From an uncultured Gammaproteobacteria bacterium (GTDB lineage: Bacteria; Patescibacteriota; Microgenomatia; Daviesbacterales; UBA10151), in the NCBI GenBank assembly GCA_964394855.1, contig CAYMZD010000004.1, forward strand, positions 8,316-72,315: a stretch of DNA of 64,000 nt, read 5' to 3'. Positions 29,160-38,629 of this stretch are shown in pieces; position 1 is the first letter of the stretch; every line of letters begins with the position of its first letter. A model generated the notes under the pieces. The model ran no database searches. It was not told the origin of the DNA and worked only from the letters and a program-made list of their open reading frames with translations. Made by a program: the position numbers and the translations under genes.

Positions 29160-29229
29160 ATTAAAAAGATTTCCCTGGTTGGCCGTGGAACTTACTTTTG
29201 CCCCAAATGCCAAAAATAATTGATATAAT
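29160..29229 (+). repeat. direct repeat copy 2: diverged orphan mutM 3' end
   Basis: Encodes IKKISLVGRGTYFCPKCQK*; last 32 bp identical to 28054-28085. Confidence 0.88.
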
Positions 29230-29236
29230 TTAGAAA

Positions 29237-29884
29237 ATGGCTAAAAATTTAATATTATTGCCAGGTTGGACCAGAAGTGAAAGATCTTATCGTGGTTTAA
29301 TTAATTCTTGCCCCAAAGATTATAGATTAACCATTGCCTTACATGAAAAAGTTTGTCCAAAAGGACATATTGAAGATTTTTTAATAAATTTCCCAAAATT
29401 CTTAAAAGAAAAGGGATTGAATAAAATTATTTTAGCAGGCCATTCGCTGGGTGGGGCATTGGCCATAGAGTTTGTGCTTAAATATCCCAAAAAAGTTGAT
29501 CAATTAATTTTAATTGATTCAGCCGGGGTTTATGAAGGGGAAAATATTTTTGAACTGTCCAGAAACTTTTTAAAAAACATTTTTTTAACAGGTCGCGGCA
29601 AGCTTAAGCTATGGCTGGCTTTTAGAAACTCTGCCGGTTTAGTTAGAAAATTCCCCATGCATTTAAAACTGGGACAGTATGCTTTCAAAGTTGACCTGCA
29701 AGCTCATGGATCTAAAATTCAAGTCCCGACTGTTATATTGTGGGGAGAGAAAGATCATTTAACTCCTCTTTGGCAAGGAGAAAAACTACATCAGGCCATA
29801 CCCAATTCTAAGTTTATTATCTTAAAAGATATGTACCATGATTGGATTTTATCCAACCCGGAACTTTTCTGGCAAAATATCTAG
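29237..29884 (+). CDS. alpha/beta hydrolase
   Basis: GHSLGG nucleophile elbow, WGEKD, C-terminal His. Confidence 0.88.
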   Translation: MAKNLILLPGWTRSERSYRGLINSCPKDYRLTIALHEKVCPKGHIEDFLINFPKFLKEKGLNKIILAGHSLGGALAIEFVLKYPKKVDQLILIDSAGVYEGENIFELSRNFLKNIFLTGRGKLKLWLAFRNSAGLVRKFPMHLKLGQYAFKVDLQAHGSKIQVPTVILWGEKDHLTPLWQGEKLHQAIPNSKFIILKDMYHDWILSNPELFWQNI

Positions 29885-29933
29885 TTGTCATCTGCTGCTA
29901 TAATGATTCTTGGGCTTTATAACTTTATAACCT

Positions 29934-31292
29934 ATGATTAAGAAACCAAGTTTTTCCTCGGTTATTCAAACAAAAGGATTTCAGGTTTTGTGGGCTAATC
30001 AAATTTTGGTCCAACTTGCCTATAATATTTTAAATTTTTCTTTAATTATTTGGGTATTTAAATTAACAGATTCCAATTTAGCCGTTTCATTATTGATTTT
30101 ATCTATTTACCTGCCGGCTTTAATTTTTGGCCTTTTTGCCGGGGTATTTGTGGATTTGGTTGATAAAAGAAAAATTATCACCCTGATTGATCTATTATTT
30201 GTGGTAGCTTTTTTAATCTTTCCTTTTATCAGGAAATCATATCCTTTAATTCTGGTAAACACTTTTTTTATCAACTCCCTGGCCCAATTTTTTATGCCTG
30301 CTGAAAGTTCATCCATCCCGCAGCTTGTTTCCCAAAAACAGCTTTTTTTAGCCAACTCTCTTTTTACGGTTACTTTATACGCCGCTTTTATGGTTGGTTT
30401 TACCGCTGCTGGGCCCATCTTAGATTCATTTAGCATCAGCCCTATTTTTTATCTGGGAGCTATACTTTTATTGATGGCTGCACTTATTTCACAAAATTTA
30501 CCAGTTTTAAAAGTGGTCAGGAAAGATAACTTTTCCGGAGCTGATATCTGGTCGTTGATAGCTTCAGAGACGAAACAAACAATAACTTTTATCCGGGGAA
30601 GATTAGCCATTGTGGTATCAATAGGTCTTTTGGCAGCTTTGCAGGGAGTGATTGGGGTTTTAGCAGTTTTAACCCCATCTTACATGGAGCGAGTGCTTGG
30701 GGTTCATGCCACTGATGCTTCTTTGTATGTGATGTTACCTTTGGGCTTGGGACTTATCAGTGGAGCACTTTTTATTGGCCACTTTTTCCACCGTCTACCC
30801 AGGCGCAGGCTGGTGATTCCGGGTATCATTTTAGCTGGATTTTTACTGGCTGGGGTGGGGATTGCTCCCAAAATAGCCGTTTTACTTGATGCCACCACCT
30901 TGCCGCAAAAAATTATTCATCTGCGCTATTTTCTGAATGCGCCCTCTTTAGCTTCCACTTTTGTGATTGGGGCATTTTTGCTAGGGGTGGCGGCTATTGC
31001 CATTATTATTCCTTCTCAAACTGTCTTGCAAGAGAATACCAAAGATGAAAACAGAGGCAAAATCTTTGCGGTTTTGTTTGTTTTAATGAATGCTTTTGCT
31101 ATTTTACCTGTTCTTTTAGCAGGAATTTTGGCAGATTTATTTGGAGAGACAAAGGTATTTTTTGCCATGGGGGTAGTTATTTTTATGACTGGTCTTTTGG
31201 CCATGAAACCGGCTATGTTTTTTGCCGAGAGTCATTTACCATATAAGGTGAGACAGTTTTTGGGTTTGGGACATTGGGAAAATGGGAAATAG
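29934..31292 (+). CDS. MFS transporter
   Basis: About 12 TMs; GVFVDLVDKRK motif A. Confidence 0.88.
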   Translation: MIKKPSFSSVIQTKGFQVLWANQILVQLAYNILNFSLIIWVFKLTDSNLAVSLLILSIYLPALIFGLFAGVFVDLVDKRKIITLIDLLFVVAFLIFPFIRKSYPLILVNTFFINSLAQFFMPAESSSIPQLVSQKQLFLANSLFTVTLYAAFMVGFTAAGPILDSFSISPIFYLGAILLLMAALISQNLPVLKVVRKDNFSGADIWSLIASETKQTITFIRGRLAIVVSIGLLAALQGVIGVLAVLTPSYMERVLGVHATDASLYVMLPLGLGLISGALFIGHFFHRLPRRRLVIPGIILAGFLLAGVGIAPKIAVLLDATTLPQKIIHLRYFLNAPSLASTFVIGAFLLGVAAIAIIIPSQTVLQENTKDENRGKIFAVLFVLMNAFAILPVLLAGILADLFGETKVFFAMGVVIFMTGLLAMKPAMFFAESHLPYKVRQFLGLGHWENGK

Positions 31293-32336
31293 ATGTTTCT
31301 AAAGCAACTTAAACTTACTAACTTCAGAAATTATTCTGCCCTTAATTTAGAACTTGATAAGCGCCCGACTATTTTAGTGGGTAATAATGCTGCTGGTAAA
31401 TCCAACCTTTTGGAGGCGGTTTATTTTTTATCCACCACCAAATCAGGCAGGGTAGATGAGGAGAGTGAGCTGATTAAAAAAGGGCAAAGTGTGGCCAGGG
31501 TGGAGGGAGAGATTCTTGAAATGAAGTTGGAGGTGGCAATGCAAGTACAAGATAATGGACAATTCTCAAAAAGAATTAAGGTCAATGGTATTCCCAAGAA
31601 AGTAATAGATTATATTGGTAAGCTGCCAGTGGTGTTATTTTCTCCTGCGGATATCAATATGATGACAGGGGCACCTAGTCTTCGCAGATGGCATCTGGAT
31701 TTAAGTTTGGCTCAAGTAGATTTCCAATATAAAAAAGCCCTCACTCTTTACGAGCAGGTTTTAAGCTCCAGGAACAAAGTTTTAAAAAGAATAAAAGAAG
31801 GACAAGGTAGAGTAGATGAACTGTCCTTTTGGACTGATGAGCTGGTAAAGCACGGAGAAGTGGTTGCTGGTGGCAGAAAAGCCTTCCTGGAGTCCATGAA
31901 TAACTTTAAAAGTCCTTTGGGAGAGTTTCTTTTTGAATACAAGCAGAGTAAGTTAAGCCATGAAAGATTACAAGAATATAATGGTAGGGAAATTGCAGCC
32001 AGTGTCACTTTAATAGGTCCACACAGGGATGATTTTGTAGTCAAATTAGCTGGTAGAAACCTAGCCATTTATGGTTCAAGAGGGGAGCAGCGAACTGCCA
32101 CTCTGGCATTTAAACTGGCCCAGCTTGAATATATGGCCCTTTCTTTAGGGAAACGGCCAATTCTGCTTTTAGATGATGTTTTTTCTGAACTGGATGCAAA
32201 TCATCGAGCTGCGGTGGTGGCAGTGGTGGGACGCCAGCAAGCCATCATTGCTACAGTAGAACTGGAAAACATCCCCAAAACTTTTTTAAATCAAGCCAGG
32301 ATTTTAAGGGTAGAAGATGGGAAAGTTACGTTTTGA
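31293..32336 (+). CDS. recF: DNA replication/repair protein RecF
   Basis: NFRNY, GNNAAGKSN, GPHRDD, GSRGEQR, LLLDDVFSELD. Confidence 0.95.
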   Translation: MFLKQLKLTNFRNYSALNLELDKRPTILVGNNAAGKSNLLEAVYFLSTTKSGRVDEESELIKKGQSVARVEGEILEMKLEVAMQVQDNGQFSKRIKVNGIPKKVIDYIGKLPVVLFSPADINMMTGAPSLRRWHLDLSLAQVDFQYKKALTLYEQVLSSRNKVLKRIKEGQGRVDELSFWTDELVKHGEVVAGGRKAFLESMNNFKSPLGEFLFEYKQSKLSHERLQEYNGREIAASVTLIGPHRDDFVVKLAGRNLAIYGSRGEQRTATLAFKLAQLEYMALSLGKRPILLLDDVFSELDANHRAAVVAVVGRQQAIIATVELENIPKTFLNQARILRVEDGKVTF

Positions 32337-32373
32337 CAAAGTCAAAAGGCAAGGTTCTCGCGAAGCGAGGTTC

Positions 32374-32643
32374 TTATTTTTTAGCTCCCCATCTGGAGGC
32401 TAGTCTGGAAAGCTGGTAAGTGATAAAAACAGCAAAGCCAGTAATAATCACTGCGTAAATCAATTTGGAAATGGCTCCTGACTGGTTAGGGTAAAGTTTC
32501 TGGATGTAATCTTTGACAAAAGTTTGAATGGCCTCATTCCAAGCCAAGGCAGCTACCAACCCAAAGCCGGAAGTAGAAAGGGTAATCAGTTGATGCAGCA
32601 GTTCCCGACGAAATGATTTATCTTTTTCTGCTTTACTAGCCAT
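32374..32643 (-). CDS. small membrane protein (DUF5654-like)
   Basis: ATG 32643; GFGLVAALAWNEAI. Confidence 0.75.
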   Translation of the reverse strand: MASKAEKDKSFRRELLHQLITLSTSGFGLVAALAWNEAIQTFVKDYIQKLYPNQSGAISKLIYAVIITGFAVFITYQLSRLASRWGAKK

Positions 32644-32684
32644 ATTGACATTGTAGCATATCATCAATATACTTTGTCTTTGCT

Positions 32685-33659
32685 GTGGCTGAAAAATTAA
32701 GGCATATTTTAAGTCCCATTGATTTCCCCAAAGCTTGGCTAGAAGAAGAATTCTTAAAAGAGGCGGCCAGTATGGCAAGATTGGGTAGGCAGGGTAGTAA
32801 TGCCCTGCGGGGGAAAAATATATTGGGTTGGTTTTTTGACCCCTCTGTTATTACTGTGATTTCATTTCGGACAGCAGTAGAGCGGTTAGGTGGAAGATTT
32901 ATAGAAGAAGGTAGTGCGCTCACCACCACCGGCGTGACCAGTGAACAAGCTCTCCAAGATGCCGTTAAAAACTTGGAGGATAACAGTGACATTGATTGCT
33001 TGGTGCTGCGCTATCATCAAACAGGAGGGGTAATCGTGGCAGCAGCGGTTGCCAATAGAATAAGAATGATTAATGCCGGTGAGGGTAGACAGGATTTATC
33101 TCACCAAGCTGTACCCCACCATCCTACTCAATTTTTAGCAGATTTTCTAACCATCCAGCATCATTTTCCTGATTTGAATGATTGGAAAAATTTAAGAATA
33201 CTGGTGGCAGGAGATTTACAATGGGATCGGGTTAACTCATTGGTGATGGGGCTAGCCCAATTTAGGGTACGTTTTGATTTTATCTCGTCAGCAGTACTTC
33301 CTCTAGATAATAGAGTGGTGAGTTATTTGAGAGATTTGGGGGTCAGATTTACTACTGATAGAACATTAAAGGGATTGTTGCCGCAAGTTGATATAGTTTA
33401 TTTAACCAAGCAACGTACATTTAGAGGTGGCAATCACAATCTGACCTACGGAGTTAATGTTGAAGTGGGTCCCCAGGAAATTGATCGGATGAAAGAAGGA
33501 GCTATTGTGATGCATCCTATGCCAAGAGGAGAAGAGCTATCTCCGGAAACGGATGATTATCCCAGGATAGTCTGGCGAGAACAGGCTAAAAATGGCACTA
33601 TCGCCAGGATGGCCCTTTTAAGAATGCTCTTGACAAGTTCAACTGACAGGTGTTATTAA
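32685..33659 (+). CDS. aspartate carbamoyltransferase-like protein with degenerate active site
   Basis: INAGEG, HPTQ, GDL, MHPMPRG retained; STRT replaced by SVIT. Confidence 0.75.
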   Translation: MAEKLRHILSPIDFPKAWLEEEFLKEAASMARLGRQGSNALRGKNILGWFFDPSVITVISFRTAVERLGGRFIEEGSALTTTGVTSEQALQDAVKNLEDNSDIDCLVLRYHQTGGVIVAAAVANRIRMINAGEGRQDLSHQAVPHHPTQFLADFLTIQHHFPDLNDWKNLRILVAGDLQWDRVNSLVMGLAQFRVRFDFISSAVLPLDNRVVSYLRDLGVRFTTDRTLKGLLPQVDIVYLTKQRTFRGGNHNLTYGVNVEVGPQEIDRMKEGAIVMHPMPRGEELSPETDDYPRIVWREQAKNGTIARMALLRMLLTSSTDRCY

Positions 33660-33669
33660 ATTACTAATT

Positions 33670-33966
33670 ATGGATCGAGAACCGAGTAGGTATTTATGCG
33701 AGTGGTTAACTGTTCAAGATAGATGGTATATCAGAAGTATTGGTAATCCAGAAGGGGAGGGTGTGACTTCCGAACAATGGTCAGAAGTAGTGAAAGAAGT
33801 TCAAAGATTAAATACAGACCCAAGAAATTGGGAAATAATTGAAGGTGAAATGCCGGTTGGATTTTTAAGTTTTAGGGAAAATTTACGCCGGCAAGATCCA
33901 TCCATTACTACTCCGGAAGCAGTTCATAGATATCTAGATAGACTTTTTGCGGGAATTGTGCAATAA
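33670..33966 (+). CDS. hypothetical protein
   Basis: 98-aa ORF in a same-strand run. Confidence 0.5.
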   Translation: MDREPSRYLCEWLTVQDRWYIRSIGNPEGEGVTSEQWSEVVKEVQRLNTDPRNWEIIEGEMPVGFLSFRENLRRQDPSITTPEAVHRYLDRLFAGIVQ

Positions 33967-33974
33967 TCACCCCA

Positions 33975-34673
33975 ATGAGGGCTGCTCTAAAGTTTTTTAG
34001 ACTCATTTTTTCAGCTTCAATGCTGATTCCTTTAATCTTAATCAGCCTTTATGTGGCTATTTTTGTCTTTTTAAGAGGAGCTCTGCCCACATCACAGGAG
34101 CTACTGGAACATTTGACTGCTCTTTATTCCAGATTTGGCTATGAGGTGGTCTTCTTGGGAGCTTTTTTGGAAGCTTTGATCTTAATCAATCTTTTTGTGC
34201 CAGGTACTCTGGCTGCAGGTTTGGGAGCAGTTTTTGCCAGAGTGGGCGAGCTGGATTTAACTTTGGTGGTGTTAGTGGCAACTTTGGGAGCCACCCTTGG
34301 CTATAGTCTGGATTTTTTGCTGGGTTATTTTGGCTTTGCCGAGATTTTTAAAAGATTTGGTTTTGGCAGAATTTTAACTCAAGCCAGAACTCAAATTGAA
34401 AAATCCAAAGTAAAGACTTTTGCCATAGGCTTTATCCATACCAGCACAGGTTCGTTGCTATCTGTGGCAACTGGTACTTTGAAGGTGGGCTTCTTCAGTT
34501 TTTTACCATTAGCTCTTCTTTCCACCTTAGCCTGGGTGTCTTTTTGGGGACTGTTGATTTTTGCCATAGGAGAGGTACTTTTGATCATTTTGGCCAAATA
34601 TGCCTGGGTGCTGGTTTTACTAGCAGTTTCTGTTTGGATTTTGACAGTAATTTATGGAAAATCACAAAAATAA
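33975..34673 (+). CDS. DedA family membrane protein
   Basis: FLEAL..INLFVPG, GATLG...LGY. Confidence 0.78.
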   Translation: MRAALKFFRLIFSASMLIPLILISLYVAIFVFLRGALPTSQELLEHLTALYSRFGYEVVFLGAFLEALILINLFVPGTLAAGLGAVFARVGELDLTLVVLVATLGATLGYSLDFLLGYFGFAEIFKRFGFGRILTQARTQIEKSKVKTFAIGFIHTSTGSLLSVATGTLKVGFFSFLPLALLSTLAWVSFWGLLIFAIGEVLLIILAKYAWVLVLLAVSVWILTVIYGKSQK

Positions 34674-34676
34674 TCC

Positions 34677-35753
34677 ATGTTCATACCAAAGTACTCAATA
34701 ACTAATAAGATATTAAAGTCTATCGGAGTGATTGATGCCTCCAAAGAGGTGATTATGAATGCTCCGCTGGTGCCTGCATGGGAAGCAAAATTTAGAAAAG
34801 AGGCCACAGAGCGAGCAGTTCATCATGGTACTCATCTTGAAGGAAACCCGCTGTCTGAAGAAGAAGTTAAGGATGTTTTAGAAGGACAAGAGGTGATAGC
34901 CAGAGATAGAGATATTCAAGAGATTTTAAATTATCGGGATGTCTTGAAGTTTATAGATGGAGTAGCTGCTCAAATTGGTACTGGTGCACCCTATACATTA
35001 ACTATGGAGACCATACTGGAAATCCACCGCATCACTACGGAGCGGATTTTACCTCCCGAGACAGGTGGACATTTTAGAGTGCGTCAGGTGGTAGTAAAAA
35101 ACTCTCGCACAGGACAAATTTCATATACTCCACCTGTGGCGGCCGAGGTACCTTATTTGGTAGAAGATTTGGTGCATTGGGTCAATTCTGATGAAGCCAA
35201 AGAGACGCATCCTGTCATCAAAGCTGGAATTATCCATTATGAACTTTCTCGAATCCATCCTTTTACTGATGGCAATGGACGGGTGGCCAGAGCTGTTGCC
35301 ACCCTGATTATGTTTTTGGACGGCTATGATATCAGAAAATTTTTCTCTTTGGAGGAATATTTTGATGAAAACCCCATGAACTATTACTTAACATTACAAG
35401 CCGTATCAAACCAGCTCGTAATAGATACTCACGAGAGGGATCTTACTCCCTGGCTGGACTATTTTGTGGAAGGTTTGGCTATTGAACTAAATAGAGTCAA
35501 AGAAAGGGTGCAGCGGATTTCGGTTGATGCCAGAGTGAAAGATAAACTGGGAGAACAGTTGGTATTAAATGAGCGACAGATGATGATTATGGAATATTTG
35601 CACCGACATAAAGCTATGAGCAATAGAGATTTTCGCAAAATTTTTCCTGATTTCTCCGATGATACGGTTTTGCGGGAGCTAATGTTCCTCCGGAAAAAGG
35701 GCCTGGTAAAAAAATCAGGCGGTACCAAAAAAGCAGAATATGTATTGAAATAA
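34677..35753 (+). CDS. Fic family protein with C-terminal HTH
   Basis: HPFTDGNGRVAR catalytic motif; THLEGN inhibitory helix. Confidence 0.92.
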   Translation: MFIPKYSITNKILKSIGVIDASKEVIMNAPLVPAWEAKFRKEATERAVHHGTHLEGNPLSEEEVKDVLEGQEVIARDRDIQEILNYRDVLKFIDGVAAQIGTGAPYTLTMETILEIHRITTERILPPETGGHFRVRQVVVKNSRTGQISYTPPVAAEVPYLVEDLVHWVNSDEAKETHPVIKAGIIHYELSRIHPFTDGNGRVARAVATLIMFLDGYDIRKFFSLEEYFDENPMNYYLTLQAVSNQLVIDTHERDLTPWLDYFVEGLAIELNRVKERVQRISVDARVKDKLGEQLVLNERQMMIMEYLHRHKAMSNRDFRKIFPDFSDDTVLRELMFLRKKGLVKKSGGTKKAEYVLK

Positions 35754-36371
35754 TTATTTCAATACTATTTTATTTCTTTCTTTTTTGGCTTCAGATAAAG
35801 CTTTATCTGCCCGTTCACGCAAGCTTTCTGCGCCATCACCATCTTTCATCTGGGTAATACCAATGGAGATTGTTTGTTGCCAGGGAAATTTGGGAAAATT
35901 TTTGGCAATCTGCGCAGTAATAGAGGTTCTAATTCGCTCTGCAACGTCTTTAGCATCATCAATGTTGGCTCCCACCAAAAATAAAGCAAATTCATCTCCA
36001 CCTAAACGGCCTTTTAAATCCGAAGTTCTGGATGCTGAATCTATCACTAGCGCATAAGCTTTAATCAGCTTATCTCCGGCCACATGACCTAGATGATCGT
36101 TAAACCTTTTTAGTTGATCGATATCCAAGGCTAAAAGTGTACCAGGTTGAGCCAATCTTTTTAAGTGAGCCATTTCTCTTTCCAGCTCTTGACTAAAACC
36201 TTGATTATTTAAAAAATCTTTTACCAGCCCATCATGGTCAGCTCTTTTTTCAAGGTCTAAATGGGTTTTAGTTAATTTCCCAGCAAACTCTTCTCTGGTA
36301 ATGGTTTGATGCAGTAGCTTGGTGGCTAATGTTTGATAATGCTTAAGTAAATATTTTTTGTGTTGGTCCAT
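35754..36371 (-). CDS. GGDEF diguanylate cyclase
   Basis: DIDQLKRFND..GHVAGD, RLGGDEF; ATG 36371. Confidence 0.88.
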   Translation of the reverse strand: MDQHKKYLLKHYQTLATKLLHQTITREEFAGKLTKTHLDLEKRADHDGLVKDFLNNQGFSQELEREMAHLKRLAQPGTLLALDIDQLKRFNDHLGHVAGDKLIKAYALVIDSASRTSDLKGRLGGDEFALFLVGANIDDAKDVAERIRTSITAQIAKNFPKFPWQQTISIGITQMKDGDGAESLRERADKALSEAKKERNKIVLK

Positions 36372-36393
36372 CTTTGGTAGTATAATCCAAATA

Positions 36394-38106
36394 ATGATAT
36401 TTGCCAACTTAAGCTTATACTTTGAAAAATTAGAAAAAACCTCCTCCAGACTCTCCTTAATAGATATTTTGGTAAATCTTTTTTCTCGGGTTAAAAAAGA
36501 TGAAGTGGCTCGAGTTTGTTATCTACTACAAGGTAGAGTAGCCCCTTTTTGGCAACCCTTAGAAATTGGCATGAGTGAAAAATTGGTGGCAAAAGCTATA
36601 GCGCGTGCCTATGAGGTGAAATCGGAAGAGGTATTAAAGCTCTATGGGAAGTTGGGGGATATGGGTTTGGTGGCGAAGCAGCTGAATGATGAATTAAGAA
36701 TTAAGAATTATGAATTAAGAATAGAAGAAGTTTTTGATACTTTAACTGAAATTGCCAAAACTTCTGGTGAAGGGACAGTGGAGAAGAAAATCTTGTTACT
36801 TTCTGGATTGCTGCAAAAAACAGATGGAGTTTCTGCCAAACATTTAGTTAGAGTGCCTTTGGGAGTATCCCGTTTAGGAGTAGGTGATCCAACAATTCTT
36901 GATGCCTTTGCTAAATTAAAATTGGGTGATAAATCCAAAAGAAAACTTTTGGAAGGAGCATATAACAGAGTGTCTGATTTAGGATTAATCGGGGAAACTT
37001 TATGGCAGGGGGGACTGCAGGCAGTGAACAAGTTACGGGTGACAGTGGGTAGGCCCATCAGGTCACAACTGGCAGAAAGATTGCCCACACCCGAAAAAGT
37101 CATAGAAAAAATGTCCAAAGTCAATGCCCAGCGTAAACTGGATGGATTCAGGGTACAGATTCATAAGGATGGAGAGAATATCAGGTTATTTTCAAGAAAT
37201 TTAGAGGAAACTACTCCTATGTTTCCGGAAATTGCTAGAGCTGCCACAAAACAAATTAAGGCTAAATCTGCTATTTTAGATTGCGAGGCCATTGGTTTTA
37301 ATCCTGTATCCGGCGAATTTTTGCCCTTTCAGGAAACCACTACTAGGCGGCGAAAATATGGCATTGCAGAGCTGGCCCAAAAAATCCCCTTAAAAGCTTT
37401 TTGTTTTGATATTTTGTATAAGAATGGGACATCCTTGATTGACCAGCCCTTGGCTACTCGATTAAAAACATTAAATGATACGATCAAGGACAAAGAGGTG
37501 TTGGTAGTGGAAAAAGGAGAGACGGTTGATAGGGTGGATAGGCTGCAAGTCATGCTGGATGAGGCCATATCCAAAGGTTTGGAAGGCTTGGTGGTCAAGC
37601 GCTTGGATTCCAAATACGAGGCAGGAGCCAGAAATTTTAACTGGGTCAAGCTAAAAAGGCACTCTTCGGGAGAGCTGCAAGATACCATAGACTGCGTTAT
37701 TTTAGGTTATATTTTTGGCAAGGGAAAAAGAGCTTCTTTTGGGGCAGGAGCGCTGTTGGTGGGAGTTTATGACGGCGAAAAAGATGAATTTGTGACTGTT
37801 TCCAAGATTGGGACAGGGTTAACAGATGAAGAATGGAGAGAGATTTACAAGAGAGCAGATAAAATAAAAGTGGATAAAAGACCTGCCCGGGTAAATTCCA
37901 AAATTACTCCCAGCGTGTGGGTGGAGCCCAAAATCGTGATTGAGGTGTTGGCAGATGAGATAACCAAATCACCACTTCATACAGCAGGTTTAGCCCTTCG
38001 TTTTCCCCGTTTGGTTAAATTCCGGGAAGCAGACAAAAAAGCCGAAGATGCTACAACAGTTAAAGAACTTGAGGAAATGTATCAGGGGCAATTTAAAAAA
38101 TTATAA
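36394..38106 (+). CDS. lig: ATP-dependent DNA ligase
   Basis: KLDGFRVQIH, EGLVVK, WVKLK, LRFPR; ATG 7 nt after TATAAT. Confidence 0.93.
   Translation: MIFANLSLYFEKLEKTSSRLSLIDILVNLFSRVKKDEVARVCYLLQGRVAPFWQPLEIGMSEKLVAKAIARAYEVKSEEVLKLYGKLGDMGLVAKQLNDELRIKNYELRIEEVFDTLTEIAKTSGEGTVEKKILLLSGLLQKTDGVSAKHLVRVPLGVSRLGVGDPTILDAFAKLKLGDKSKRKLLEGAYNRVSDLGLIGETLWQGGLQAVNKLRVTVGRPIRSQLAERLPTPEKVIEKMSKVNAQRKLDGFRVQIHKDGENIRLFSRNLEETTPMFPEIARAATKQIKAKSAILDCEAIGFNPVSGEFLPFQETTTRRRKYGIAELAQKIPLKAFCFDILYKNGTSLIDQPLATRLKTLNDTIKDKEVLVVEKGETVDRVDRLQVMLDEAISKGLEGLVVKRLDSKYEAGARNFNWVKLKRHSSGELQDTIDCVILGYIFGKGKRASFGAGALLVGVYDGEKDEFVTVSKIGTGLTDEEWREIYKRADKIKVDKRPARVNSKITPSVWVEPKIVIEVLADEITKSPLHTAGLALRFPRLVKFREADKKAEDATTVKELEEMYQGQFKKL
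36691..36722 (+). repeat. heptamer tandem repeat inside lig
   Basis: GAATTAA GAATTAA GAATTAT GAATTAA GAAT (ELRIKNYELRI). Confidence 0.8.
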
Positions 38107-38123
38107 CAGTTATTATAATTATA

Positions 38124-38617
38124 ATGGTTATACTAAAAACAGAATCCGGCGGTTACAAATCTCTTCCTTTTTTCAAACAATCAGAGATTATTTATGATTT
38201 TACGGTGAAGTTTGTCAAAAAATATATTGACTACAAATCCAGAACCAAAGACCAGATGGAACAGGCTGCCCGCTCTGGCAAACAGAACATTCCTGAAGGA
38301 TATTTACAGAAAAGTATAGAGGGAAGAATGATTATTTGGATTTTCTCCGTCAGCATGGTTACAAGCTTTGGGATAAGGATGACCCTCGAGCAAAAGCTGT
38401 AAGACAGCTTGCGTATAACAATTATAAAAGTTATAACGATTATAAAAATTATATGAATGATCCAGAAACTGCGGCTAATGCCATGGTTTGTCTAATTAAC
38501 CAAACTAATGCTCTTTTGGATCAAAAACTGCGTTGGTTAGAGGAAAAATTTGTGAATGAGGGAGGGTTTAGAGAAAATTTGTTTAAAAAGAGGATGGAAA
38601 AAAGAAAGGGGACATAG
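38124..38617 (+). pseudogene. four-helix-bundle protein with suffix domain, frameshifted
   Basis: DQMEQAARSGKQNI.EG in one frame, NDYLDFLRQ...AANAMVCLINQ in another; the intervening helix is missing near 38325. Confidence 0.75.
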
Positions 38618-38629
38618 TAAAATCCAACT

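Noticed and set aside
38124-38617. DGR accessory (Avd) gene or programmed frameshift
   Set aside because: No reverse transcriptase or TR/VR pair; sequence is missing rather than slipped
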